Position numbers and translations under genes: made by a program. Source: Proteromonas lacertae (Eukaryota). From it: DNA of 64,000 nucleotides. Where the stretch lies: the NCBI GenBank assembly GCA_002245135.1, contig NGBS01000885.1, forward strand, positions 1 through 64,000, written 5' to 3'. Numbering within the stretch: position 1 is the stretch's first letter; the number at the start of each line of letters is the position of its first letter. Positions 26,172-39,860 of the stretch are shown in pieces. The notes below the pieces were generated by a model. That model worked only from the letters and a program-made list of their open reading frames with translations, was not told where the DNA came from and searched no databases.

Positions 26172-27079
26172 ATGTTCGTTATTGATATTTTTTTCATACT
26201 ATACTGTTGTCTGTTAGTATTCACATTGTCGTCCACAATTAGATTAATTCAGATAGACCAAAATGAGGATAAGTGTCCCAAGATAATTAATAATGTGAAT
26301 AGTCATGTTGTGGATCTGCCTGTATATACATCAATATTAACAGAACAATTCTATAAATCGTTTTTGGATGATATTAGTAGTGCAACTGCTTATTACACGT
26401 TACAAGCGTATATATTAGGATTAAATCAACCATTATTTAATGAATATATTCTAAACCAACAGCCAACCAAAGATTTTGAGCTACTAATCACAGAGAGTGA
26501 TTATAGTTCATTAATCAGCCCTGTCACTTTAGACATACATTTATTATCTTCATCATTAATGTCAGCATCATTTAAAGAAGAAATGAAGAAAATGAACATA
26601 GATGAACAATCAAATTGTCTTCCTTCGTTTGCTGTTGGAGATGCAATAGTTTATAATAGAAATTTATTTTCGTTTATGTCATCTTCACCTCCCGATAGTT
26701 GGGCATCACTCACAACTAAATTGAAAGAAACTTATCGTAATTCACCAATAATTCCATTCGTTTTTCCAGGAGGAAATGCTTTATCGTTTATAAGATTAAT
26801 TCTATCGTTAATGTATTCATTTGGAGGAGGTTATGACACTTCAAATACAAAGTTTAATTCTGAAGCGAATATAAATGCAATTAGTTTATTCAAACTATGG
26901 TTTGATTCATCATCAAAAGAAATAGCTTCCATGGAGAGTTTAGATTATACAGAGAAGGATATAATTGATTTATTATTAAGAGGAACAGGTAGTTATATAA
27001 GTTATATCTCCAATACTTATTTTGAAGATATTTTAAGTGATTCAAAATTTGATTATATTTTAGTACCAGGTAAAAAGTA

Positions 27080-27120
<41 letters not shown>

Positions 27121-29323
27121 ATTATTATTATTATTATTATAGTCATTATACTGCATATTCTGGTTATTGTTATACAATACATCCTAAAAGTTCAACCACC
27201 ATTAATACAGGTGAAATATCAAAGATGTTGTTAGAGATGATTAAGAAAGATAGAGTTTGTAGTAATAATAAGATTATCCCAGTAGGTGTAAGATGTGAAA
27301 GAAGTTCATTAGTTTCTCCATCTCATAATATATACTGTATATATATTTATTTATATTTATTTATTAATATAAATAGTTAATGCTACTTCAATTCCTGTTT
27401 TACCACAATTTAAAAAGTATAAATACAAAGCAATTGAACTAATACATAACACTATCAGAAATATGATTAAAAAAAATGATGAAGTAACAGAAACAATGAA
27501 TAAGTTAGAAAACTCATTGGAATTATTACTCAAAGCAGAACATGGAGATAATTCTATCAATATTAATGAAGTTGTACCATATACAATAGCTGAAACAAAA
27601 TCTTCATTTAATATCATTCCATTTGTGATTGGTATAGCCAGTGGAATTGTTATTATAATAATAGTTATATTGTATTTATTTATTTATTTATGAATAGAAT
27701 GATGAGATTTTTAATTCTTCCTTATTTATGTAAAAGTAAAAATATTTCATGTTTATGTATAAATGAAAAGAATTCTAAACAAATGGATCCTGAAATGTCA
27801 CATGTCTCTGGTTTTATTGATCATGAAATACGTAACGTATTAACAGGCATAATTGGAATAGGTGATTATTTGGAAGAAAATGTAAATGATATTCATAAAT
27901 CACTTATTGAAGATAATGATCTTAAAGCCACACAAAATGATGTAGAATTATTAGATAAAAACATAATGACATTAAATCATGCATGTGAATTATTAACAAG
28001 TATTGTCAATGATGGAATGGATATAAGAAAGTTAAGAGAAGGAGAATTATTACCAACATTAGTACCATATAGATTTAGTGACTTAGTAGAAAGAGTATTT
28101 CATATTTTACAACCTAAAATGGCAGAAGCAAAGGATGTAAAAATACAAACATCAGTATTTGATAAAAACGGTTATTATAAGTTTGATAAACATCGAGTTC
28201 AACAAGTATTAATGAATTTTCTAACAAATGCATTGAAATATACTGATAATGGAACAATTACTGTAAGAATAACAGAAGATGGCTATAATATAGTACGTAT
28301 AGCTGTTGAAGATACAGGTCGAGGTATTCCAGAGAAACGAAGAGGAGTTGTTTTTGATAGTCCTTTCAAACAAATACAACTTACAGATGCAGAAAAACAT
28401 GGAGGTTCAGGATTAGGGTTGTTTTTATGTAAAATAATAGTTCAAAATGTATTGAAAGGGAATGTTGGAGTTGATAGTTCAACAAGTAAAGAGAATCATG
28501 GATCAACGTTTTGGTTTAATTTTCCAACAGAAAAATGTCAAAGACCTGATGATCGAGGAGATGTGACTTATCAAACACTTACTACGATGGATATGACACG
28601 AAGACATGTGTTGATAATTGATGATTCAGAGTTATCTAGAAAGATTATTGTAAAGTATATATTCTCTTTCTCTTTCTCTTTCTCTTTCTCTTTCTCTTTC
28701 TCTTTCTCTTTCTCTTTCTCTTTCTCTTTCTCTTTCTCTTTCTCTTTCTCTTTCTCTTTCTCTTTCTCTTTCTCTATTCTCTATTCTCTATTCTCTATCT
28801 CTTTCTCTATTCTCTATTCTCTATTATTATTATTTTATCATTGTCTAGAGCATTGAAAATATGTCATGGAACTGGCGATGAAAGTGGAGATGGTCCAACT
28901 GCACTACGATTAGTTCAAAATGGTCATTATGACTCAATAATAATCGAATTAAACATACCACAAATGAGCGGTTATAGTTTAGGAACATTCTTACGTAAAG
29001 AGATGAATTATTTAGGTCCATTGATTGCAATAACGAGTGATAATCCTAAAGAAGTAGAAGAACAATGCAAATTAGCTGGTTTTGATGAAATTATAACAAA
29101 ACCAATCCAACCAAGAGAATTAGTTCATGTTTTATTAGAATTAGGAACGAAATATGCTAGGAAAGGACCATATAGGATTAATAAACAAGCGAATTTAGAT
29201 AAGTTTATTGCTGCTACTAGATATAGAGCTCAAGCTGATTATCAGAGTGGAAGATCATCGTCAAGAAGAAATGGCTCAACTGATAGTGAAAGAACAAATT
29301 CTATTCATTCAGTTCAATTATAA
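26172..29323 (+). CDS. Membrane hybrid histidine kinase: signal peptide, extracellular solute-binding-protein-like domain, TM, HisKA, HATPase_c, atypical receiver (phospho-Asp replaced by Glu); about 4 introns
   Basis: H-box FIDHEIRNVLTGIIG; N-box QVLMNFLTNALKYT; G1 VEDTGRGIP; F-box; G2 GGSGLGLFLCK. Receiver VLIIDD...YDSIIIELNIPQMSG...AITS...AGFDEIITKP. Ectodomain has VYNRNLF, PPDSWASL and FNSEANINAISL, typical of family-1 (sugar) ABC binding proteins. Confidence 0.88.
28662..28822 (+). repeat. (TTCTCT)n grading into (ATTCTCT)n microsatellite inside the 194-nt intron 28655-28848
   Basis: Seen directly; splicing GT 28655 to AG 28848 restores the frame KIIVK-ALKICHG in the receiver domain. Confidence 0.9.
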
Positions 29324-29471
29324 TAATAAATAATAGGTTTTTACTTTTCAATTTATTTATTTTTTATTTTTTTATTTGTTGTTTGTGTTGTTTTTACTTT
29401 CAGGAATATAATAAACTAATAATATAGAAATATTACACTGACCAACATTGACCTATTCTTGTAATTTGATT

Positions 29472-32400
29472 TTATGATTTCCAATGAGTATTACTTTTAT
29501 GTATTTTTGGCCTGATAAATTGATAACATAGATAAATTTCTGTATATTTTCTATCTTTCATCAACATTTTACTATTTGATGAAAATATATCATACAGGTA
29601 ATTATGAATTCTATTAATTCTTCCTTCAATCCTACCATGCTTTTCAGTTTCTATTTTAACCTGCTGAGCTAATTGATAGTTATGCTGATATATCATATTT
29701 TCACCTTTATTCGTTTTATTGTTGGAGTTGTAAGGTTAGGTTTAATTAATGATTTATCAACCATTTCTGAATAACATAAACATTTCTTATCACTTATATT
29801 TCCTTCATAAATAATATTAAATGTATGATTATGATTTATCTTTATAATTTCACCAGCACAACTAATATATTCTATTTTATCATGAATATTGTATTGATTA
29901 TTATCTAAATATAATGAATAGTTATTACCTCTTACATACTCTTCATTTAATATCCTTCTTTCTACTTCTCCTTTTTCATTTGTAAATAAAACATCATCAT
30001 TCTTATAATAAAATGGATTATATTCATTATCATATAATCTTATATTCAATGGGTTAATTTCCTTTTCTTCTTTATTAGTATTATCATTAATTATTGTATA
30101 TGTCTTACTATCATTTCCTTTAATTGTACCTTTTTCCCAACCATGAGATTTTAATTTATAAATCACTTTTACACCTTCTTCAAATGGTTTATTCTTATCT
30201 TCAACAAATGGTTTTATTTGCTCATTTTCTAAAGTGATGGGTTTTGCAGTTGAAAATAAATGAATAGAATATTTCCATTGGCCAAGATACTTTTCTATTT
30301 TTCCTTTTTCCCATTTCCCGTTATTCTTTACATCAACAAATACTATCTCATTAGATGAATATATTTTTTTAATATTATAAATTGGATAAGCATATGTATA
30401 TAATTGACGAACTTCATAATTCTTTTTATCAACCTCTCTTATAATTCTGAAATACGTTTTTTGATTATGTTTATCATAAGCATATAAAACATCATTTATA
30501 TGAATTTCACTTTCATCTTCCTTTGAAAAATATTCTTTTGGATATATTTCTAAATTAGTATAACCAATATAGCATTGCTCATTATTAGTATTATCTACAT
30601 AACACTCAAATATACCATCAGTCCATTTTCCACCATCACAATATTTTATATTATCACCAGTTTTAAAGAATAAACCTTCTCCTCGCATTATATTATTCTC
30701 TAAATTCACATCTTCTTCATAATAATCAATATAATCAGCATCTTTTAGTTTATTCATTTTATAAATATTATATGTTCCATCAGGATTTTTACTATGAATT
30801 ATTCCTATAGTTTTCTCAAATCCACCTTTTGGTATAAATTCAACTTCTTTTCCAATTGAATCAGATTTTATAACATAATTAGAATCATATGGATAAACAT
30901 CATCTATTTCTACAATCATAACATCATTCTGTATTACAATATCATAATGTTGTTTATCATCATGTATTTTGGTAATAATTCCAATATTTCCATCTCTATT
31001 AATCACTCTATCTCCTATCACTAATTCTCTTTTCTATTATAAATAAATACTAACATATAGAAATACTGGAACTGCTTTTATTGCTTCTTTCAACTTATCC
31101 AATCTACTTTTATAATCTGATAATTTTCTTTCTTTTTGTTTATAATCATTTAACCATTTCTTTGTATAATAAAGTTGATCAACAGCATTTATTATCTCAA
31201 TTGTTTTACTTAAATATTTCAATCTAAAATCATTTCTTTCACTATATTATATATGAACAAATATATCATACCATAAACTATTCATTTCTTTAATACAATC
31301 AACTGCTTCATCTAAGCTTTTAATAAAATCATCAACATCTACTTTCGTTTTAACTTCATTTAAATTATCTTTATTTATATTTATATTGAAATCTTCAACC
31401 CATTTACTAAATTTTTCATAATTCCTTTTATATTCTTCTAATTCATTCAAATGATATGCTCTTACTACTAGTTCTCTGTCTTTTCTATTTATATAACAAT
31501 CATAAAACTATATACAATATTGAATCTATGTGTATTTTTATTTGTATTTTATCAATTACTTTCTAAAAAATATAAAAACATTATATATATACTTCTAATG
31601 CTTTACATTTTTCGACCATTTCCTTTTCTTTCTTTTTAAAATAATTAATTGGTTTATCTACATTCTTTTTTGCTTTAATATCATTAAGTATTCCAGAAAG
31701 TTCATTAGAAAGATCATTAAATTGGGTTAAACTGTATTTTGAAATTTTATCTTTATAAGCATATCTATTTTCACAATAAAATGAACAGTTAATACATCTT
31801 AGTTTCCATCTCATTCTTTAATGATGATATTTCTCTGTTATTCTTTTCGTTTGTTAGGATTTCTTCTTCATTATGCCATAATTCATCACAATATTTCACT
31901 AATAGATCATTCCTATCATTTTCAATTACTACTTTTCTTCCTCTTAATTCTATTTCTTATCATTATAACAAAAGATATACTGTTTCTTTCTTCATCATCA
32001 TTTATTAATATTGGATTCTCTATTTCTTTCTTTATTTCTTCTATTTTTGGTCTTTTTTCTTTTGGATTAATAAAAATTTTGGATAGAAATGAATTATTTC
32101 TATCACCACATTTACCTTCCAATCTCTTAAAATTACAGTTCATTAAATTATATTGGATTTTTAAAATATTCTTTCCTTCAAATGGAGTATTTCCTGAAAG
32201 AATATAATACATTATACATCCAAAACTCCAAATGTCACTTTCTTGAGTAATTTTTTCTCCATATAACATCTCAGGACTTAAATATTGAACTGTTTCGAGA
32301 TTTATTGATATTCCTAACGAACAATTTGAATATAATTCATTGCAACAATAATCACTTAATACATATTCTCTTTCATCATTGAAAAGAATGTTGGATGGTT

Positions 32401-32829
32401 TTATATTCCCATGAATTACTTCATTTTTATGAAGTATAGATATTCCATTACAAATACTACTCAGCATTATTGTTGCATCATTATCTTCAAAGTATTTCTT
32501 AACATTTATACTTGATAAAGAATTATTATATTTTGGCATTTTTAAATACAAACATTCATCTACTTGAGTAATGAACTCATATTTTACTAGATTATCACAT
32601 TCTATACTGTTAATTAACTTCAATTTCTTTCTCAAAGAAGATAGTCCTGCTGCGGAATATAAATCTTCTGAGAACATTTTAATTAACCATTTTGTACCAG
32701 TTGTATTACTGTTACTCTCATATAATCGACTGTAAACACTACTTAGGAGTAAATTCTATTGAAATAAACAAAATATTATACAGTATTACCTTCATCTAAA
32801 ATATCTGGCAGTTTGAAAGAAGATTTCAT
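29472..32829 (-). CDS. Ser/Thr kinase-like (probable pseudokinase) with coiled coil and repeated Tudor/Agenet-like beta-barrels; multi-exon; 3' structure uncertain
   Basis: WLIK, IHGNIKPSNIL, LSDYC, YLSPE, SDIWSFGC; no Gly-rich loop in the spliced N-terminus. C-terminal repeats FKTGDNIKYCDGGKWTDG, VFVDVKNNGKWEKGKI, GVKVIYKLKSHGWEKGTI. Confidence 0.7.
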
Positions 32830-32969
32830 ACCCTATCTCTTTCTTATATTATTAAAATTCAAAATACACTACAATGAAACGAATATATTTTACTATTTTG
32901 GGAAATTCATTAAAAAATAACATAACTTTTAAAAATCAATAATCAAATAAATTATTAATATTAGATTAT

Positions 32970-35900
32970 TTACAATTCTGGCTTTTCTTCATTTCCAAAC
33001 ATCTCTTTCTGTTCTCTTGCTAATCTTTCGATACTGTTACTTTCTCTTTCTATCAATCTATCATCAATACTATGAGGGAAACAACTCTTCTTTGAATAAG
33101 GATTTTTCAATTTATGAACTATAATATATTTAATAACATATATATATATATATATATATACTAGAAGTCCATTCATTCATCAACTTTTTCTTTTTCTTAT
33201 TGGATTTTGCTTCTTCATATTGATATGGAGGAATTATTGTATTCTTATAAGTAGCACCAGACGATAAATCAGGTGGAGTGTAATCAATAATGTGATTTAT
33301 ACTTTCCATAAATTCAATTGGTTCTTTTGGTTTCTTCTTTTTTACTCTTTCCACTTTTTTCAATATTTTATTTATACTTTTCTCTATATTAATTAAATAA
33401 ATAACATTTATATTTATACTATCATTAACAGATGGCATATGTTCATAATCCATTTCTTCATCTCCAAAGATTCTCATCGATTCTTTTGGCGTTTGTGGAC
33501 GAGGTGGTAAATATTTTGCCATTACATTCTTTCTAGCGATTTTGTTATGAATATATAAATTATCAGATGTTTTATTATTTGTTGCTTTGATGGATGCTAA
33601 TGATATAATTTGTGGCTGTGGAGGTACATTCTTTCTACGACTTGTTTTATTCTTTAAAATGCTTTTTCTTATATATTCATAACTATCTTCATAATCTGGC
33701 TTATAAGTACCATCTTTTACTATTTATAAATAATAAATATAAATAAATAATATACCTCCAAATTTCTTCTTTAATCGTTTATATTCTTGTTTTTGTTCTT
33801 CTGTCATCTCTCTACACTTATATTTCTCTTCTTCTTCAGATTTCACTAATTTTTCAGATTTTACAGAATTATCTTTTCCTTCTTCTTCTTCTTCTTTATT
33901 CTCGTTATCTGAAATTAAACTTCCTTCTTCAACAATGTTATTTGTATTTATTTCTCCTTCGTCATTAACATTAGGTGGATTGATTAATGGCAATTCAGAA
34001 TCAGTAGTTGTAGTTGTATTATTATTATCAGCTAATGGAGTTACAGTGTTATTATTATTATTATTTGCATTCTCTTCATTTCCATCTTCTTCACCATTGG
34101 TATTGTTATTATTTCCATCTGTTAAAACATTACTACTATTCTCACTAATTGTCTCTAAATCAATTTCATTCTTTAAAATTGAAGCAATTGGTTGGTTTGG
34201 ACAAGTTGATGGTCTTTTACTAGAATAACTATTGGATTTACTAACATCAGTATAATAATCATTTCTTTTCTTCTTATTGATTGCATCGATATTGATTCTC
34301 AGCGGAGGAGGCCTATTCTCTGGTGTTGTGTATGGTCTAACTTTCTGTTTTTTATATAGTGGACCATGAGCAACTCTATTCTCAAATGTCTTTTTGTATT
34401 TTTCACTTAATTTGACTGATCTTTCTTCTAAATATTCTTGATACTTCTTTTCCTTTTCATCTCTATATAAAAATCAATTAAAATTAGAGAAAATACAGTT
34501 TTTGTAGTTCTTTTTGGCTTGCTTCAGCTATTTTCTTCAAGAATTCTTGTCTTGATTTGAATGCTTTCTTTGCTATAGCAATATTTATTCGATTAATAAT
34601 CTCAAATATCAACTGATTGATTATTTCATCCTTCTCCATTTGTTCTCTCACTTCTTTTTTGTATTTTTGTTCTTTCATTTTTGCCATTCTGTCTACATAC
34701 TGTTTTATTCCAGTTTTCAAATAAATATAGAATCTTACCCACCTTTGTAATCTCAATATGCCTTCTTTATAGGATAATTCTTTCTTTTGAAGACAAGAAG
34801 CAGCTGCTTCTGCATTATTATTGTATATTTCTGGCAAATCATCATTCCTCAATCCTTTATTCATTTTCTTTAAGAATTTTGGTTTTAAATGCTCTTTGTA
34901 TTGTTTAATATGAATATAAATGTCACTTGTGATAAATCCTTTCATTACATTGATTTTATCTTCAAATTTTAAATTTACCAGTCGTTTCTTTAAATATTCA
35001 GTATAACCTCCTTCATAATCATTATCCCAAATTATTTCTTCATTTAATCTTTTTTCATATATTCTATTAATAATAACTAATAAAATATAAAATATACTTG
35101 TTTAAAACATCTTCATATCTTTCTTTTAGCTTTGGTGTAAGAATTGTATCATATTCTTTATAATTATAAACTTTCTTTTCCTTTTTACCTCCTCTTTTCC
35201 CTTTAATCTCCTAAAACAAAACATAACAATATATATAAATACATTCATTTGCTCTTCAATATAAGCATCTAATGCTTTTCCATGTAACTCTTTATTTCTC
35301 TTTATTTCTTCTTTTGTTTTATCATCTTTACTAATATACTTTGATTTGGGAGGAGTTTTTTTCCTTCCTACATCTTTTTTTGTAACAACATATTCTAATT
35401 CTCTTCTAAGATCTGATTTTTCTTTTTGTTGTTTGTATAGTTGTTTTACATGAACTTTCTTGAATAAATCCATCCATATCATTGCTCCTAACATTCCTCC
35501 TTTAATCAACTTTCTTCTTTGAGTATAAATGATCTATTTAAAATATAAATAATATAAATATAAATATATACACTATTTCCTCTTAAAAATGGTTTTCTAT
35601 TCAAAGGAGATGGTTTTAACAAAGCAGAACTGCATTTATATGGATGATAAAACTTAGATCTTGATGTTAAATAACCATACGAATTATGATTCACTGGCTT
35701 TACTTCATTTACATTATACAGTGTAGATTCTTCTTCAGTATCATCCTTATTTACATAATCCAGTGACATTATATCAGCATATAATGGAGGAACATGTCTA
35801 TAAACCAGAGAAGTTTCAAGAGTCTTCTTTTCTGATTCAGGTTGGCTTTCTTTCACTTTAATTGTGATTTTTGGATTAAATGCACGAACTTTAAAGAAGA

Positions 35901-38178
35901 TAGAATATTCTAAAATATCTTCTTGTAGTTTACATTTTGATTTATCCAATTCTTCAAGATCTTCTGTTAATAAAACTTCATTCTTTGATACATCAGTTTC
36001 ATCGTATGTTACATACTTTACAGATTCTTGTAGTTTTATATTATTTAATGTTTTATATTGTTCATCATCTGGTCTTTTTACATACAGTATTGATTCTCTT
36101 AATGATGGAATATTTGGATCATTTTCTGTGATTATTGATTCTTCCATTTCATTTTCATGATTAGTAGTGGAGAGCTTAAACCTTTTCGGTAGTGGAGTTA
36201 TTGTGTTGGTTATTATAACTGATTTTCGTAATGGAGATAGTGATGGTGGTTCTTCATCTTCTGTATTAATATTAAATGAATATTCTTGACTTATAGATTC
36301 TCCTAAATAATTCTCTACTACTACTGATGAAAATGTGACAAATTCTGATGGTTGTTGTATTTGTGGCTTTTCTTCTTCTTCTGAATATTTATTACTTTTC
36401 TCATTATCTTTTTCTTCGTTATTTTCATTCGATACAACATCTTCATTTTCTTCATTCTCCATTCTTTCTTCTTCTACTTTGATTTGTTCTTCTATTAATC
36501 TTTCTCTTTCATCATTCTCGAATTCTTCATTTCCTTCTTCTTCTTCATCATCATTGTTTTCTTCAGTAAATGATGTTTTGAATGTATCTCCAAAGTTGGT
36601 AGATTCTTCATTATTCTCTTCTTCATCTGTTCTTCCAACAATTTCTTCACCATTCTCTTCCACATCCTCTTCAGTTTGTTGTTCATTAACTTCCTCAGTA
36701 TTCTCTTCTCCATTCTCTTCATTAGCTTCTTCAACAACTTCTTTACTTTCTTCATTAAAATCAGTCTTAAATGTATCATCAAAGTTATTTTCCTCATTAT
36801 CATCTTCTTTATTTTCTTCAGCGAATTCAGTAGTAAATGTATCATTAAAGTGATTTCCTTCTTCATTATTATCTTCAACATCAGCTTCTTCGTTTCTTTC
36901 ATCTCTATTCTCACTTACTTCTTCATTAAAATCTGTATCATCAAAATCATTCCCTTCTTCTTTTTCTTCACTTATATTTTTCTCTTTATTATTATTATTA
37001 TCTTCTTCTTCTTCCCAATTATCATCATAAATTTCTTCCTCTTGTTGTTGTTGTTCTTTACTATTTTCAACTTCTTCTTCATTTTCTTTGTCATTATTGT
37101 TATTTGGAGTTTCAGCAAAACTTGTACTAAAAGTATCACCAAATGAAGTTGACTCAACATTAACCAACATCAGATTCACTTCCTTATTCTCATTTTCATC
37201 TTCTTTTTTCTCTTCAACATCATTGTTATTATTATATATCATTGAAGATTCTAATTTATTATCATTGTCATCTTCAACAAAATTATCAAATGAATCAGCA
37301 TAAGATTCTACATTCTCACTTATCATCATCACTTCATTATTATTGGTTTTATATATTACAGAATCTCGAGCAGATATTTTCTCATATTTACATTCATCCA
37401 TTGAAGATTCTAACAACAATTCCGATTGATATTCGTTGATATTATAAATATTAGATATATAAACTTCAAATTCATTTAATTCATAGTCAAAATAGATAAT
37501 TGTATTTTCGATTATTTCAGATTTTAAGTCTATATTTGGTAATCTCTTTGAGGTATGTTGTTGTTGTTGTTGTTGTTTTGGTGAATTGTTCTTTTTAAGT
37601 GTTAGCTTAGAGTAATTTTTGTCAAATACTATATATATTATATATTATATATTTAATATATACTCTCTTTTTTATCTTTATATTCATAATAAACTATTTT
37701 ACTTTTCATCATTTCATCTTCGTCAATCTTTTTATTCTTTTTTATTAATCTTTTGTAATATGATGATTCTATATACAATATAATATATTATTATACCAAA
37801 ATATCTACACACATCAGGTTCTTTTCTTTCATATGGATTTGTTGAAACATGAAATTCGGACATAAATGGTGGTCTATATTTTTTGACATGTTTCTTGCTA
37901 TTTTTTGATGTTGATTTTGATTTTTTGCTCTTCTATAAAAGTAAAAACTACTAATTCAATACTTTTGGTTTTATTTTATTTGAATTCTCTGCTTCTTTAA
38001 TGGATCTTAAAGGAGGAATTGAATTCTTACTATTTTCTTCACAGTTATTTTTCATCTCCCTTTTCTAGAGAATGATAATTCAATAAAATACCTTTTTGAC
38101 AGTTCGTTTGGCAATAATTGTTCTGAAAAAACATTGAATTCTAACTACAGCATCTAAATCAAAAACATCGTTATTCAT
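32970..38178 (-). CDS. Large IQ-motif protein with a long acidic Glu/Asn/Asp low-complexity region; many exons; single-gene status uncertain
   Basis: First exon MNNDVFDLDAVVRIQCFFRTIIAKR (IQ-like); second IQ-like motif ILRLQRWVRFY; acidic ORF 35506..37419; ORFs separated by short GT-AG introns. Confidence 0.55.
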
Positions 38179-38235
38179 TTCTATTTTGACTAAATAGTCG
38201 TTTCATTTTATTAAATCATCATTTTATCATTAAAT

Positions 38236-39805
38236 ATGGATATGTTTAATAAATTTAGCTTTGGTATAGATTTAGGGACTAGTTATTGTTCATGTGGAAC
38301 ATTGATCAATGGAATGGCACAAATCATACCGCTTGACAAAACTGACCATCTTTTACCCTCATTCGTATATTATTCTCCAGAAGAAGCCACATTTACAGTT
38401 GGCAGTGAAGTTAAAATGAGTGATTTAATACCTTCACAGAAAATATATAATGCTAAATATTTATTAGGTTCATCTTATGCAAAAATATTAAAAGAGCAGA
38501 AAAGAAAGCATTGGCCGTTTAAAATAAGAGAGGAATATGGAAATCCAGTAATAGAGTTAGTTTACAACCAGAAAGTCTCTCATTTCACTCCAAATGATCT
38601 AATATCTGATTTATTCACGATAATCAAACAAAAAGTGGATGAGTTTCTACATCAAAATAATGAATTAACTACCAAAATAGTTTTAACAGTTCCATCACAT
38701 TACACATATCAACAGAGGAAACAGATAAAGCAATCAGCTTCAATGGCTAATTTAGAAGTAATACAATTAATAAATGAACCAATAGCTGCAGTTATAGCAT
38801 ATATATATCAAAATATCGAAGAAAATAAAAATAATAGTGAAGAAATGGTAATGGTTTATGATTTTGGAGGAAGTAATTTTGAAGTTACAATAATATCCAT
38901 AAATTATAGTAAAAAAGAAATAAGAGTTCTTGGAAACAATAGCAATAATCATTTAGGTGGCGAAGATATAGATAATAATATAGTTCAATTTTATTTAAAC
39001 CAATATTCGTTAATAACAAATAAAGATATGGATGAAATATCAGATGAACAAAGATTAGAATTATTAATTGCATGTGAAAAAGCAAAAATTGAATTGAATA
39101 ATAATAATAATAATAATAATAACACTGTATATTTAGATAGTCAAATTTGTTAAAGATAATAATATTGATTTACAATTAACAAATGAAATATTTGATGCTT
39201 TAAATACTGATATTTATAATCAAACTATTAATATAACAAATAATTTAATAAATGAAATAAAAATAGATAATAAAAACATTAATAAAATAATCTTAGTAGG
39301 AGGATCAAGTAAAATAAAAACAATTCAAAAAATGTTAAATGATTCATTTCCTTGTTCTGAATTATATGATGATATTGATCCACAAGAAATAATTACTTAT
39401 GGATCAACAATTCTAACAAATAATAATAACAGTAATTTACAAAGTTTCAAAATCTATGAAATATTATCTAATAATCTATACACTGATATTGGAATAGATT
39501 CTATATGTTTAATGATTAAAAGAAATGTCAAATTACCAACTTATTTTACTCAAAGATTTACGAATATGAGTAATAATCAGAGTTATTTTGATATTAATAT
39601 ATATGAAGGACTAAGTAATGTAATGAAAAAGAATGATTTGGTTGGAAATTATAGATTTGAAGGAGTTGATTCACCTAATGAATCTGAGACTATACCTGTT
39701 GATGTAACTTTTGATGTAAATTGTTATGGATATTTGAAAATTACTGTTAGGAATAGAATTAATGGTAAATGTGAAGTATTACCTCCTATATCATTAATTC
39801 ATTAA
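38236..39805 (+). CDS. Divergent Hsp70-family protein (NBD plus partial SBD-beta, no lid); 1-bp frameshift near 39145
   Basis: GIDLGTSYC, LTVPSHY, INEPIAAVIAY, VYDFGGSNFEV, HLGGEDID; continues in a shifted frame through ILVGGSSKI into ORF 39332..39805. Confidence 0.8.
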
Positions 39806-39860
39806 TTAATAAATTTATATTCGTTTCATTGATTTTTTATTCTTTTCTTTCTGGGTTTGA

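Noticed and set aside
28655..28848. Poly-(Phe-Ser) tract in the kinase ORF
   Set aside because: Translation of an intronic microsatellite; splicing restores the receiver domain.
39127..39136. Possible 10-nt intron GTATATTTAG that would restore the Hsp70 frame
   Set aside because: Far below the 24-nt minimum seen here, and it would remove VYLDS, which aligns with IFIDS in the paralog; a 1-bp insertion in the CAAA run is simpler.
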